Shown in pieces: positions 27,130 through 36,519 of a stretch of 64,000 nucleotides of DNA. How positions within the stretch are numbered: position 1 is the stretch's first letter; each line of letters begins with the position of its first letter. The position numbers and the translations under genes are program-made. Location: positions 6,808 through 70,807 of the forward strand of contig CAZYHV010000006.1 of NCBI GenBank assembly GCA_964647485.1, read 5' to 3'. Below the pieces are notes generated by a model. That model did not search any database. It had not been told where the DNA came from and saw only the letters and a program-made list of their open reading frames with translations. This DNA is from an uncultured Chitinophagaceae bacterium (GTDB taxonomy: Bacteria; Bacteroidota; Bacteroidia; Chitinophagales; Chitinophagaceae).

Positions 27130-27690
27130 ATGCCACTGAAGATATATACAAAAAAAGGAGATCAAGGAAAAACCTCCCTGTTAGGAGGACAGCGGGTCTC
27201 TAAAGGGAGCTTACGTATAGCAGCTTATGGATCGGTAGATACCTTGAATGCTTATGTAGGCTGGGTTAGAGATTGGCAGGATAAGAAAGAAGTGATAAAA
27301 AGATTGACAACAATTCAAAGAAAGTTGTTTACCATTGGTGCTTTACTCGCTGTCGATGCCGATAAGAGTTCGAAAATGAAATTGCCGGAGATAAAGCCGC
27401 AGGATATCGAAGATTTAGAGAAAGATATTGATAGAATGGAGGAAGACCTTCCTCCTTTGCAATCTTTTATTTTACCCGGCGGACATCAAGCAGTATCTGC
27501 TTGTCATTTGGCAAGATGCCATTGTAGAGAAGCAGAACGAAACTGTGTTGTATTAGGAGATATAGGAGAAGATATTCCGGAGTTTGTTATTCCATATCTA
27601 AACAGATTAAGTGATTATTTCTTTGTTTTGTCTCGATGGACGGCACAGCAATTGAATATTAAAGAAACAGAATGGGAAGGACGGAAGTAG
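27130..27690 (+). CDS. ATP:cob(I)alamin adenosyltransferase, PduO type
   Basis: 186 aa. N-terminal IYTKKGDQGKTSLLGG and LPGG...A..HLARC.CR.AER are typical of PduO-type enzymes. Confidence 0.85.
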   Translation: MPLKIYTKKGDQGKTSLLGGQRVSKGSLRIAAYGSVDTLNAYVGWVRDWQDKKEVIKRLTTIQRKLFTIGALLAVDADKSSKMKLPEIKPQDIEDLEKDIDRMEEDLPPLQSFILPGGHQAVSACHLARCHCREAERNCVVLGDIGEDIPEFVIPYLNRLSDYFFVLSRWTAQQLNIKETEWEGRK

Positions 27691-27807
27691 TTGGATTAAA
27701 TAGAATTCTTCCCAAACGGTTCTTTAATGAGTATCGCTTATACTGAACGGGGTCAGCTATAGCCAATACGGTCTATCCTTTTAGCGTGAAAGGAAACTAC
27801 TCTTTTT

Positions 27808-28041
27808 TCATGGAGTAGTCTTCTTTTTTCCGGGCCGATGTTTAATCAAAAAAACTAAACCCAAGATGAATAAAACGGCACCCCACCACAAGCCGGCATG
27901 TAGGTTTTCTAAAACGATGTCGGCTTGCTTATTTTTGGGTGCAAAGAAGTCGATGGCTTCGGCTGCTGAAACAATGATGCCATAAACGGTCAATAATACA
28001 CCGACAAAGAACCAAATTGATAATTTACTCTCTTTTTCCAT
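27808..28041 (-). CDS. Small two-TM membrane protein, last gene of the arabinose operon
   Basis: 77 aa with two hydrophobic helices and a basic tail (HRPGKKKTTP). Starts 12 bp after the SGLT stop. Confidence 0.5.
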   Translation of the reverse strand: MEKESKLSIWFFVGVLLTVYGIIVSAAEAIDFFAPKNKQADIVLENLHAGLWWGAVLFILGLVFLIKHRPGKKKTTP

Positions 28042-28053
28042 AATAATAATTGT

Positions 28054-29772
28054 TTACCAAAAGATAAATTGTAATACGAGAAATATAATAAAAATCACAC
28101 CGGCCCAAAAGATAGGACGTTTTATCAAGGGTAGATTTCCTTCAGAAGGTAATTTGGTAGCTCCTCTTACCAAACCATTTAATTCTGCAACCGGTTTAGG
28201 TTTTGTTACCAAGCTAATACCAATGGTAACGACCATACAAATAATCCAAGACCAAAGTGCACGATACATATCTTCTGCCATTGCTTTGGCATCTGCAGAA
28301 CCGGTAATGACAGCTAGGGCGTCAGGATCTATTCTGACCCAAGCCCACATCACTACAGAAGCGACTGTACCTGCGAGCAAGCCCCAAAAGCCTCCTTTTG
28401 AAGATGTTCTTTTCCATAACATCCCTAAAATGACCGTCCCAAACAACGGTGCAATGAAGAAACTGAAAAGTGCCTGGACATAGTCCATGATACTGGCAGA
28501 ATTTTCTACCAAATAGGCTGTTCCTATACTGACGAGTACGCCAATAAAAGTGGACCAACGACCTATACTGACGTATTTTTTGTCGCTTAGTTCTCTTTTA
28601 GTGATTGCTTTATGCAAAGGTTTATAAATGTCATAAGTCCATACCGTAGAAAAGGCTGTGACATTACCTGCCATTCCGGACATGAAGCCGGCAATAAGAG
28701 CAGTAATACCTAATCCCAATAATCCGGGTCCGAGATAGCGAGCCATCATTAGAGGAAGTACTTCGTTGTAACTGGAGGCTCCTGTTGCAGCAGCTTCACT
28801 TTGTCCTACCAAATCCGGCATTACCACAAGACCGAGCAATCCCGGGAGTATAACAATAAAAGGAAGTAGCATTTTAAATACAGAGCCAATAATGGGAGCC
28901 ATCTTTGCAGAGCGCAAGTCTTTGGCAGAGAGTCCTCGTTGGACGACTAAAAAATCGGTGGTCCAATAACCAAAGGAGATGACAAATCCCAATCCGAAAA
29001 CAATCCCCATCCATTGAATTCCCATTGGATTATCACTAAAATGACCTAAGCTGCCCCACATGTGTGTAAAGTCGGCTCCATTCACATTTTGTTGAATTTG
29101 AGCAACCATATTGTCCCAGCCGCCGACTTCTATCAATCCTATTATAGGGATTAGCAAGGCTCCTGCCCAAATCAGAACAAATTGTAGTACTTCATTGAAA
29201 ATAGCAGAAGTCAATCCTCCCATAACAACGTAGACCATGACGGTAATAGACGATATTAAAATACTGAAAGTGAGGCTCCATCCTAAGATGACTTTCATGA
29301 CTAAAGCCATAGCAAACATGTTTACCCCACTCATGAGAATGGTCATAAAGGCAAAAGAGATAGCGGATAGCAGTCTTGTTCCTTCGCCATAACGTAACTT
29401 CAAATATCCGGGAACAGAGTGGGTTTTGGAAATATAATAGAATGGCATCATAAACAGCCCTAAAAAGAGCATGGCAGGAATAGCGCCAATCCAATACCAA
29501 TGGGTAGCTAATATGCCATATTGATAGGAAGCAGCTGCCCAGCCCATTAATTCTAATGATCCCATATTGGCAGAGATGAATGCCAGACCTGCAATCCACA
29601 TTGACATTTTTCTGCCGGCAAGAAAAAAATCTTTACCGGTTTTAGTAAATCTCTTTAGATAGTATCCAATACCCAGAACAATCATAAAGTAGATGGCGAT
29701 AATGAGGATATCTGCCCATCCTAGAGAAATCATTCCGGAAGATAGTAATTGTCCATTTAAAAAACTTTGCAT
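28054..29772 (-). CDS. Sodium:solute symporter (SSS/SGLT family), probable arabinose/pentose transporter
   Basis: 572 aa with about 14 TM helices. SSS-type motifs (GGLTSAIFNEVLQ, WKRTSSKGGFWGL). The substrate is inferred from operon context with araBDA. Confidence 0.85.
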   Translation of the reverse strand: MQSFLNGQLLSSGMISLGWADILIIAIYFMIVLGIGYYLKRFTKTGKDFFLAGRKMSMWIAGLAFISANMGSLELMGWAAASYQYGILATHWYWIGAIPAMLFLGLFMMPFYYISKTHSVPGYLKLRYGEGTRLLSAISFAFMTILMSGVNMFAMALVMKVILGWSLTFSILISSITVMVYVVMGGLTSAIFNEVLQFVLIWAGALLIPIIGLIEVGGWDNMVAQIQQNVNGADFTHMWGSLGHFSDNPMGIQWMGIVFGLGFVISFGYWTTDFLVVQRGLSAKDLRSAKMAPIIGSVFKMLLPFIVILPGLLGLVVMPDLVGQSEAAATGASSYNEVLPLMMARYLGPGLLGLGITALIAGFMSGMAGNVTAFSTVWTYDIYKPLHKAITKRELSDKKYVSIGRWSTFIGVLVSIGTAYLVENSASIMDYVQALFSFFIAPLFGTVILGMLWKRTSSKGGFWGLLAGTVASVVMWAWVRIDPDALAVITGSADAKAMAEDMYRALWSWIICMVVTIGISLVTKPKPVAELNGLVRGATKLPSEGNLPLIKRPIFWAGVIFIIFLVLQFIFW

Positions 29773-29812
29773 ACTGTTTTATTTGTTGATGATAAATGTA
29801 GACTCTTTATGA

Positions 29813-31300
29813 TTAATAAAGTGTTTCATTCCACTTCAATTCATTTTTTAACTGACGAATCTCCGTGTCTTTATTTATTAAGATGTGTTCTAAACCTGCT
29901 ATTGTTGCAAAATCTTCTAAATATTCTGCATTCAGATTTTGGCTGTAACAGGTGTGATGTGCTCCTCCGGATAACAACCAGGCCGTGCAACCCTCTTGCA
30001 TATTCGGAAGTGGTTTCCATAATACTCGTGCTACCGGTAAATGAGGAAGATCATGAGTGGGCTTTACGGCTTCTACTTCGTTGGTTAGTAATCGGAATCT
30101 ATTTCCCAGATGAACCATAGAAGCATTTAATGCAGCTCCTCCTTTTACATTGAAGACCAATCTGATCGGGTCTTCTTTTCCACCAATTCCCAAAGGATGA
30201 ATTTCACAAGAAGGTTTGCCATCTGCAATAGATTCGCAAATTTCCAGCATGTGAGACCCCATTTCCATCTCGTTACCGGGTTCAAAATGATAGGTGTAAT
30301 CTTCCATAAAGGAATTACCGCCTTCTAAACCGGTGGCCATCACTTTCATTGCTTGTACCAATGCTGCCGTTTTCCAGTCTCCTTCCGCTCCAAATCCGTA
30401 TCCTTTTGCCATGAGGCGCTGTGCCGGAATGCCCGGTAATTGTTTTAATCCGTGCAAATCTTCAAAAGTATCTGTGAAGCCTTTAAAATGGCCTTCTTCC
30501 AGGAATTGTTGTAATCCTATTTCTATTTTGGCAGCATCTCTTAAAGACGGGTGTCGGCTATTTCCTTTCTTTAACGGATCTGCTAAATTATACTGTTGAG
30601 CATATTCCTCACAAAGTTGATCGATGGCTGAGGAACTAACTGAATTAACTACTTCTACGAGATCCCCTACACCATAAGTATTGACAGAATACCCGAGTTG
30701 CATTTCGGCTTCTACTTTATCGCCTTCGGTAACAGCCACGTTTCGCATATTATCTCCAAAGCGAACAAATTTTGCCCCCTGCCATACATGCCAGGCAGTT
30801 GCTGCACGACTCCAAATATTTATTTTTTCCAACACTTCTTTGTCTTGCCAGTAGCCGGTGATTGTCTTTTGTTTTATGCCCATTCTAGATAAAATAAACC
30901 CAAATTCTCTATCGCCATGTGCACTTTGATTCAGATTCATGAAGTCCATATCTATTTCTCCCCAGGGAATATCACGGTTGAATTGAGTATGTAAGTGGAG
31001 TAAAGGCTTTTGCAAGGCACGTAAGCCTCTGATCCACATTTTAGCAGGAGAGAAAGTGTGCATCCAAGTGATGAGGCCGATACAGTTTTCAGTAATATTT
31101 GCCTGTTGAATAATCTGATAGATTTGTTCAGAGGTGGTAACAATAGGTCTAAATCTGATGGTCACACTTATCGATTCACTCCTATCCATCGTCTCAGCAA
31201 TCTTTTGAGCGTGATCCGCCACTTGTTCTAATGTTTCGTCTCCATAAAGATGTTGGCTCCCTGTAATGAACCATACTTCATATTGTTTAAGATTTTCCAT
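29813..31300 (-). CDS. araA: L-arabinose isomerase
   Basis: 495 aa. [20 protein letters not shown]...[13 protein letters not shown]...FMEDYTYHF are typical AraA motifs. Confidence 0.95.
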   Translation of the reverse strand: MENLKQYEVWFITGSQHLYGDETLEQVADHAQKIAETMDRSESISVTIRFRPIVTTSEQIYQIIQQANITENCIGLITWMHTFSPAKMWIRGLRALQKPLLHLHTQFNRDIPWGEIDMDFMNLNQSAHGDREFGFILSRMGIKQKTITGYWQDKEVLEKINIWSRAATAWHVWQGAKFVRFGDNMRNVAVTEGDKVEAEMQLGYSVNTYGVGDLVEVVNSVSSSAIDQLCEEYAQQYNLADPLKKGNSRHPSLRDAAKIEIGLQQFLEEGHFKGFTDTFEDLHGLKQLPGIPAQRLMAKGYGFGAEGDWKTAALVQAMKVMATGLEGGNSFMEDYTYHFEPGNEMEMGSHMLEICESIADGKPSCEIHPLGIGGKEDPIRLVFNVKGGAALNASMVHLGNRFRLLTNEVEAVKPTHDLPHLPVARVLWKPLPNMQEGCTAWLLSGGAHHTCYSQNLNAEYLEDFATIAGLEHILINKDTEIRQLKNELKWNETLY

Positions 31301-31323
31301 GTTGTATTTGTTGTTTTTATGAG

Positions 31324-32022
31324 TTATTGTCCGTAATAGGCATTGGGGCCGTGTTTTCTTTCATAATGTTTCTTTTTCAGTGCCTCTTTTAGCTTGGGTA
31401 CCTGAGGGTTAATTTGTTCTGTTAAATAGGCCATTTTGGCTACCTCTTCAAGTACCGCACTGTTATAAACTGCTTTTTCCGCAGATTTTCCCCAAGTGAA
31501 GGGAGCATGATTTCCCACTAAGATCATTTCTACTTCTTTATAGTCAAGCTCTTTTTCCTTGAAACAATTCATAATCTGAAAGCCGGTCTGGTATTCGTAG
31601 TTCCCTTCAATCATTTGATCACTCATTGGAGCAGCACAAGGAATATCGACGGTATTGTGGTCGGCATGCGTAGTTCCATAAATGGGAATATCTCTGTGGG
31701 ATTGAGCCCAGGCCGTCCCATGGGTTGAATGGGTATGGGAGATCCCTCCGATGTCTTTCCAATGTTTATACAGAACAGCATGTGTTTTGGTGTCTGAAGA
31801 AGGACGAAGGTCTCCTTCCACGATGTTTCCGTCGAAATCGACAATAACCATTTTATCAGGAGATAAATCCTCATACGGAACCCCACTGGGTTTGATGGCG
31901 AAAATGCCCTTGTCATGATCGGCCTGACTGACATTCCCAAAAGTGAAAAGTACCAATCCTAATTTTGGGAGCTGCATATTGGCCTCGTAGGCTTGTTCTT
32001 TAATTTGATTATAATTAGCCAT
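31324..32022 (-). CDS. araD: L-ribulose-5-phosphate 4-epimerase
   Basis: 232 aa class II aldolase/adducin fold. [25 protein letters not shown] and [12 protein letters not shown]. Confidence 0.95.
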   Translation of the reverse strand: MANYNQIKEQAYEANMQLPKLGLVLFTFGNVSQADHDKGIFAIKPSGVPYEDLSPDKMVIVDFDGNIVEGDLRPSSDTKTHAVLYKHWKDIGGISHTHSTHGTAWAQSHRDIPIYGTTHADHNTVDIPCAAPMSDQMIEGNYEYQTGFQIMNCFKEKELDYKEVEMILVGNHAPFTWGKSAEKAVYNSAVLEEVAKMAYLTEQINPQVPKLKEALKKKHYERKHGPNAYYGQ

Positions 32023-32054
32023 AAAATATATTCGTTTTTCAATAATAAAGTTTC

Positions 32055-33740
32055 TTAAAAATGATTTTTTTCTAAGAAATTCCCCAGATTACTATATTTC
32101 TGATATCGTTCATTATAGAGGGGGACTCTTTGGGCATCGGGCTGATAGGTTTTGTCAAAACCTTGCCCCATGCTTTTCATCGCTTCTTTAACATTAGGAT
32201 ATAAACCGGCAGCCGTTGCCGCAAACATGGCTGCTCCTGCAGCACAAGTTTGATCAGATCGATGGATCTTAATAGGTCTATTCATGATGTCTGCCATGGT
32301 TTGCATAACATAGTCCGATTTTCTGGCTACGCCTCCCATTCCGATAAGCCCTTTAATTTGAATCCCTTGTTCGTTAAATCGGTCTACAATTTTACGAGCC
32401 CCAAAACAAGTAGATTCTACCAGCGCTTTGAATAATTGTGGCGCGTTACTTCCCAGGCTTAAACGGGTAATCGCTCCTGCCAATTCCTGGTTAGCATCCG
32501 GGGTTCGTCTCCCATTGAGCCAGTCTATGGCTAATTCATCTTTTTCTGAAATGGGTAGTTTTGAAGCCTCTTTGCTTAAGAAGGGAATCATTTGATTATT
32601 GATATCTTGTCTTATTTTTTTATTGGTTTCCTCATTCAAATAGTCTGATTCTTCTAATATTCCTTGAAGAGGCCATTGTAATAATTTGCTAAACCAGGCA
32701 TATACATCGCCGAAAGCGGATTGTCCGGCTTCCATTCCCATCATTTCCGGGATGACAGAGCCGGGAACCTGACCACATATACCATTAACTAAAGTGTTTT
32801 TTACTTCTTCTAAAGGAGCTACTAACATGTCACAAGTCGAAGTTCCCATGACCTTACTTAAATAATAAGGTTCAATTTGCCCACCTACTGCTCCCATATG
32901 AGCATCAAAAGCTCCTGTACCAACAACGACATCTGTAGATAGTCCTAGTCGCTCTGCCCATTCCTCAGAAAGAGATCCGGCAGGTTGATCAGCTGTATAG
33001 GTCTGGGTATAAAGGTTTTGAGTGAAACCTTTTAAAAGAGGATCCAGAGAAGAAAAGAATTCATCTGGAGGAAGACCTTCCCAACCGTCTTCTGCTGAGG
33101 TGCACCACAATGCTTTATGTCCTGCTGCACATCGACTTCTTTTTATGTCGGAGGCTTTCTTTCCCCCGGTTAATAAAAAAGGAATCCAATCACAATGTTC
33201 TACCCAAGAATGACAATGTTTGCGTACATTTTCGTCTGTTCTGAGAACGTGTAAAAGTTTGGCCCAAAACCATTCAGAGGAGTAAATTCCTCCTACATAT
33301 TGTAAATAATTGGGGTCAAACTGTTGAGCCTGTTTATTAATCTCTGCAGCTTCTTTTACAGAAGTATGATCCTTCCATAAAATAAACATGGCATTGGGAT
33401 TATTTTCAAATTCGGAAGATAATGCCAGTGGCGTTCCTGATTCATCCACAGGGCCGGGAGTGGAACCGGTGGTGTCTACAGAAATACCTTTAACCTGTTT
33501 TGAAATTGAAGAATCTACTTGGTTCAGACAATCCCGAATACTTTGTTCTAATCCTTCTATATAATCTTTGGGATGCTGTCTGAATTGGTTTTCTGCACTC
33601 TTACAATAGAGCTTGTCTTGCCATCGTTTATAATAAAAAACCGAAGAGGCTATTACCGTCCCATTAGAGCTGTCAATGAGTACTGAACGTACTGAATCCG
33701 TACCAAAATCTATCCCGATTACATATTTTTTTTGCTCCAT
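32055..33740 (-). CDS. araB: Ribulokinase (FGGY carbohydrate kinase)
   Basis: YVIGIDFGTDSVR N-terminal ATPase motif and FGGY C-terminal motifs (GGVARKS). ATG at 33740 (MEQKKY...) is preferred to the track start 33749. Confidence 0.9.
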   Translation of the reverse strand: MEQKKYVIGIDFGTDSVRSVLIDSSNGTVIASSVFYYKRWQDKLYCKSAENQFRQHPKDYIEGLEQSIRDCLNQVDSSISKQVKGISVDTTGSTPGPVDESGTPLALSSEFENNPNAMFILWKDHTSVKEAAEINKQAQQFDPNYLQYVGGIYSSEWFWAKLLHVLRTDENVRKHCHSWVEHCDWIPFLLTGGKKASDIKRSRCAAGHKALWCTSAEDGWEGLPPDEFFSSLDPLLKGFTQNLYTQTYTADQPAGSLSEEWAERLGLSTDVVVGTGAFDAHMGAVGGQIEPYYLSKVMGTSTCDMLVAPLEEVKNTLVNGICGQVPGSVIPEMMGMEAGQSAFGDVYAWFSKLLQWPLQGILEESDYLNEETNKKIRQDINNQMIPFLSKEASKLPISEKDELAIDWLNGRRTPDANQELAGAITRLSLGSNAPQLFKALVESTCFGARKIVDRFNEQGIQIKGLIGMGGVARKSDYVMQTMADIMNRPIKIHRSDQTCAAGAAMFAATAAGLYPNVKEAMKSMGQGFDKTYQPDAQRVPLYNERYQKYSNLGNFLEKNHF

Positions 33741-33888
33741 AAACGTCAAATTTGTTGTCGAAGTAACACTTATTTATTTAAATAAAAAAATTTTCTTCAA
33801 AAAGTTTCTATAATTTTTGTAATATGATGTTTTCTTTAAAAATCTAGAATGTGGATATCTTTGACCGATGAATTCTCTATACGGGCTA

Positions 33889-34599
33889 CTAGATGAGGTT
33901 TTCAGGGTTAGGGATAAATTTTAGGAAAGCATGGAAGTTTTTCTTATATTTTTCTTTATTTAATTTGTAATAGAAAGCCCCTCTTTTCGAAGATGATTTA
34001 TCTTTATCTTTTTGTCTTATTAATAGATTAGTAGAAAGCATTTTACGGCTGAAATTACGTTTGTCAAAGGTCGTAAGATAAAAGTCTTCATAAAGTGTTT
34101 GTAGTTGCGGCATGGTAAATTTTTCCGGAAGGAGTTCAAATAAGATTGGGTGAAGGGAAGCTTTATAACGTAGCTTTTTCCTTGCCAGATCGATCATCTT
34201 TTGGTGGTCAAAGATTAACTTTGGAAAATCATTGACGGGAAACCATGCGGAGTCATAATTAGAACTAATCTGTTTGTGATATTTATGAATGCCGATAAGA
34301 GCAAAGTAAGAAACACTGATGGTACGTTCTATTGGATCTCTTTTTGGTTTACCAAAGGCCTTCATCTGTTCTAAATAGACGCCATCCAGTCCGGTCAGTC
34401 GATGTAATACACGTTTAGCTGCACGGTCTAAACTTTCATTTGGTTTTACAAACCCTCCCATGAGACTCCATTTCCCTTTTTCAGGCTCAAAACCTCTTTT
34501 TATAAGTAATAGTTTTAGGTGTTCACCATCAAAACCAAAAATAATACAATCAACTGCAACAGTATAATTGTGTCCGGCGGGATATTGATCCATATTCAA
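33889..34599 (-). CDS. NUDIX-domain transcriptional regulator of the NrtR family (AraR-like)
   Basis: 236 aa. N-terminal Nudix fold with a degenerate box: GFVKPNESLDRAAKRVLHRLTGL, where the REUxEE glutamates are replaced by V, R and L. C-terminal winged-helix part. Located between the araBDA operon and the arabinan PUL. Confidence 0.75.
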   Translation of the reverse strand: MNMDQYPAGHNYTVAVDCIIFGFDGEHLKLLLIKRGFEPEKGKWSLMGGFVKPNESLDRAAKRVLHRLTGLDGVYLEQMKAFGKPKRDPIERTISVSYFALIGIHKYHKQISSNYDSAWFPVNDFPKLIFDHQKMIDLARKKLRYKASLHPILFELLPEKFTMPQLQTLYEDFYLTTFDKRNFSRKMLSTNLLIRQKDKDKSSSKRGAFYYKLNKEKYKKNFHAFLKFIPNPENLI

Positions 34600-34732
34600 T
34601 AAAAGGTTATAAATTAATGATAGATAGGAGTTTTTATTCCCCTTTTTTTAGTGTAAAGGTATTTTTTTTTACTAAAAATCAAAACAGCAAAAGAAAAGTA
34701 AATTTTTTTTGAATTATTTTATTCTTTAAAAC

Positions 34733-34751
34733 AAGTGTAAATCAAACACTT
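34733..34751. promoter_or_regulatory. Palindrome AAGTGT-AAATCAA-ACACTT with GT-N7-AC core; candidate NrtR/AraR-type operator
   Basis: Perfect 6-bp arms and a 7-nt spacer, in the divergent region between the Nudix regulator (start 34599) and GH51 (start 34880). A weaker TGT-N7-ACA site lies at 33756-33768, just upstream of araB. Confidence 0.35.
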
Positions 34752-34795
34752 ATAGAACCCTCCTGTTTTTTTCTTATGCAAAATCTGTATAAGAA

Positions 34796-34827
34796 TTTGG
34801 AAATATAATGTAATAAATGTACGTTTG
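34796..34827 (+). promoter_or_regulatory. Candidate Bacteroidota sigma-A promoter of the arabinan PUL (-33 TTTG, -7 TACGTTTG)
   Basis: TTTG at 34796-34799 and TAnnTTTG match TACGTTTG at 34820-34827, 20 bp apart, 53 nt upstream of the GH51 ATG. Confidence 0.35.
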
Positions 34828-34879
34828 ACATTCATATTCAAGGTTTATATTACTAGTTTACTTATTTAAAAACAACGGT

Positions 34880-36430
34880 ATGAAGATTACTACCTCTTTT
34901 TTATTTATCGCTTTACTTTTGTCCGCCCAGCTGGGGTTAGCGCAATCTTCGGCTTCTTTACAAATGAATGGAGCCAATGCGAGTCAGATCATTAGCAAAG
35001 ACATTTATGGAATGTTCTCTGAAGATTTAGGTCATGGAATATATAATGGCTTTTGGGTGGGCGCGGACAGTCCTATTCCGAATAAAGATGGAATTCGATT
35101 AGACTTGGTTAAAGCGTTTAAGAAAATCAATATTCCTGTATTGCGTTGGCCGGGTGGCTGCTTTGCAGATACCTATCACTGGAAAGATGGAATAGGTCCC
35201 ATGGATGAACGGACAGCTATTGTCAATGAAGACTGGGGGCAGGTGCCGGATAATAATCATTTTGGGACAGCAGAGTTTATGGAGTTGTGTAAAATGCTGG
35301 GAACCGAAGCTTACATAGCCGGGAATGTCGGCAGCGGTACGGTGAAAGAGATGAGCCAGTGGATCGAATATTTGAATTCTGATATACCTAGTGATATTAC
35401 AGCCTTGCGGAAAAAGAATGGCAGAGATAAGCCTTGGAAGGTGCAATTTTGGGGCGTTGGCAATGAAAGCTGGGGCTGCGGAGGAACGATGACTCCCGAG
35501 TATTACAGTGATCTATATAAACGATATGCTACCTTTTGCAGAAACTATCCCGGAGCTCCTTTGAAGAAAATTGCAAGTGGTCCTAATGGAGATGATACCC
35601 ATTGGATGGAAGTGTTGATGAAAAACATCCCTCTTCATATGATGTGGGGCGTTTCTTTACATTATTATACCATAGCAACGGGGCATTGGGGACATAAAGG
35701 TTCTGCCACGCAATTTGACGAAAAAGAATATTTCGGGGGCTTAAAGGGGGCCTTACATATGGAAGATATTCTCGACCACCAGGAGGCGGTAATGGATCGT
35801 TATGATCCGGAGAAAAAAGTAGGTTTAGTAGTTGATGAATGGGGGATATGGACGGATCCTGAACCCGGAACCAATCCTGGCTTCCTTTATCAACAGAATA
35901 GTTTACGAGGGGCATTAATAGCAGCTTCTACCTTAAATATATTTAATAATCATGCAGATCGCGTGAAGATGGCCAACTTGGCACAGACTGTAAATGTACT
36001 TCAGTCTTTAGCACTTACCAAAGGGAAAAAGATGGTGTTGACGCCTACTTATTACGTCTTTGATATGTATCAGGTTCATCAGGATGCTACGTTGATTCCT
36101 GTACAATTGACGAGTCCCGATTACACCTATGAAGGTAAAAGTATTCCGGCTGTGAATGCTTCAGCTTCGAAGGATTCTACGGGAACGATTCATCTCTCCC
36201 TGGTCAATCTGGATCCTTCTCATCCTGTGGCAGTTAAAACCGGTTTTAAAGACGTAAACTGGAATACTGTAAAAGGAAAGGTGCTGACTTCTGATCACTT
36301 TAATGATTACAATTCTTTTGATAACCCGGATAAAGTAGTGACAAAATCTTTTTCCGGAGCTAAAAAGGAAGGAGCGCAATTACAAGTGAAGCTCCCTCCA
36401 ATGTCGGTAGTGGTGTTGGAATTGAAATAA
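34880..36430 (+). CDS. GH51 alpha-L-arabinofuranosidase (secreted)
   Basis: 516 aa with signal peptide. LRWPGGCFADTYHWKDGIGP and the acid/base region WGVGNESWGCGG are typical of GH51. Confidence 0.85.
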   Translation: MKITTSFLFIALLLSAQLGLAQSSASLQMNGANASQIISKDIYGMFSEDLGHGIYNGFWVGADSPIPNKDGIRLDLVKAFKKINIPVLRWPGGCFADTYHWKDGIGPMDERTAIVNEDWGQVPDNNHFGTAEFMELCKMLGTEAYIAGNVGSGTVKEMSQWIEYLNSDIPSDITALRKKNGRDKPWKVQFWGVGNESWGCGGTMTPEYYSDLYKRYATFCRNYPGAPLKKIASGPNGDDTHWMEVLMKNIPLHMMWGVSLHYYTIATGHWGHKGSATQFDEKEYFGGLKGALHMEDILDHQEAVMDRYDPEKKVGLVVDEWGIWTDPEPGTNPGFLYQQNSLRGALIAASTLNIFNNHADRVKMANLAQTVNVLQSLALTKGKKMVLTPTYYVFDMYQVHQDATLIPVQLTSPDYTYEGKSIPAVNASASKDSTGTIHLSLVNLDPSHPVAVKTGFKDVNWNTVKGKVLTSDHFNDYNSFDNPDKVVTKSFSGAKKEGAQLQVKLPPMSVVVLELK

Positions 36431-36519
36431 CTATTTCTCCTTTAGAATTAGAATAAATAGGAAAGTTCTAAAGGATGAAAGAGGATAACATATGATTATT
36501 AAGGCATTAAATTTTATTT

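Noticed and set aside
27053-27151. N-terminal 33-aa extension of trpS (track start 27151), which would overlap the divergent PduO gene
   Set aside because: The extension is hydrophobic and unlike any TrpRS. The canonical N-terminus (MKKDIVVSGIRPTGNLHLGNYFG) begins at the ATG at 27052.
34600-34720. Long A/T homopolymer runs and the TTTAGT-N18-ACTAAA inverted repeat as a terminator or riboswitch
   Set aside because: The stem is AT-only and weak. The region is a divergent promoter with no upstream gene to terminate, and no known riboswitch core is recognisable.
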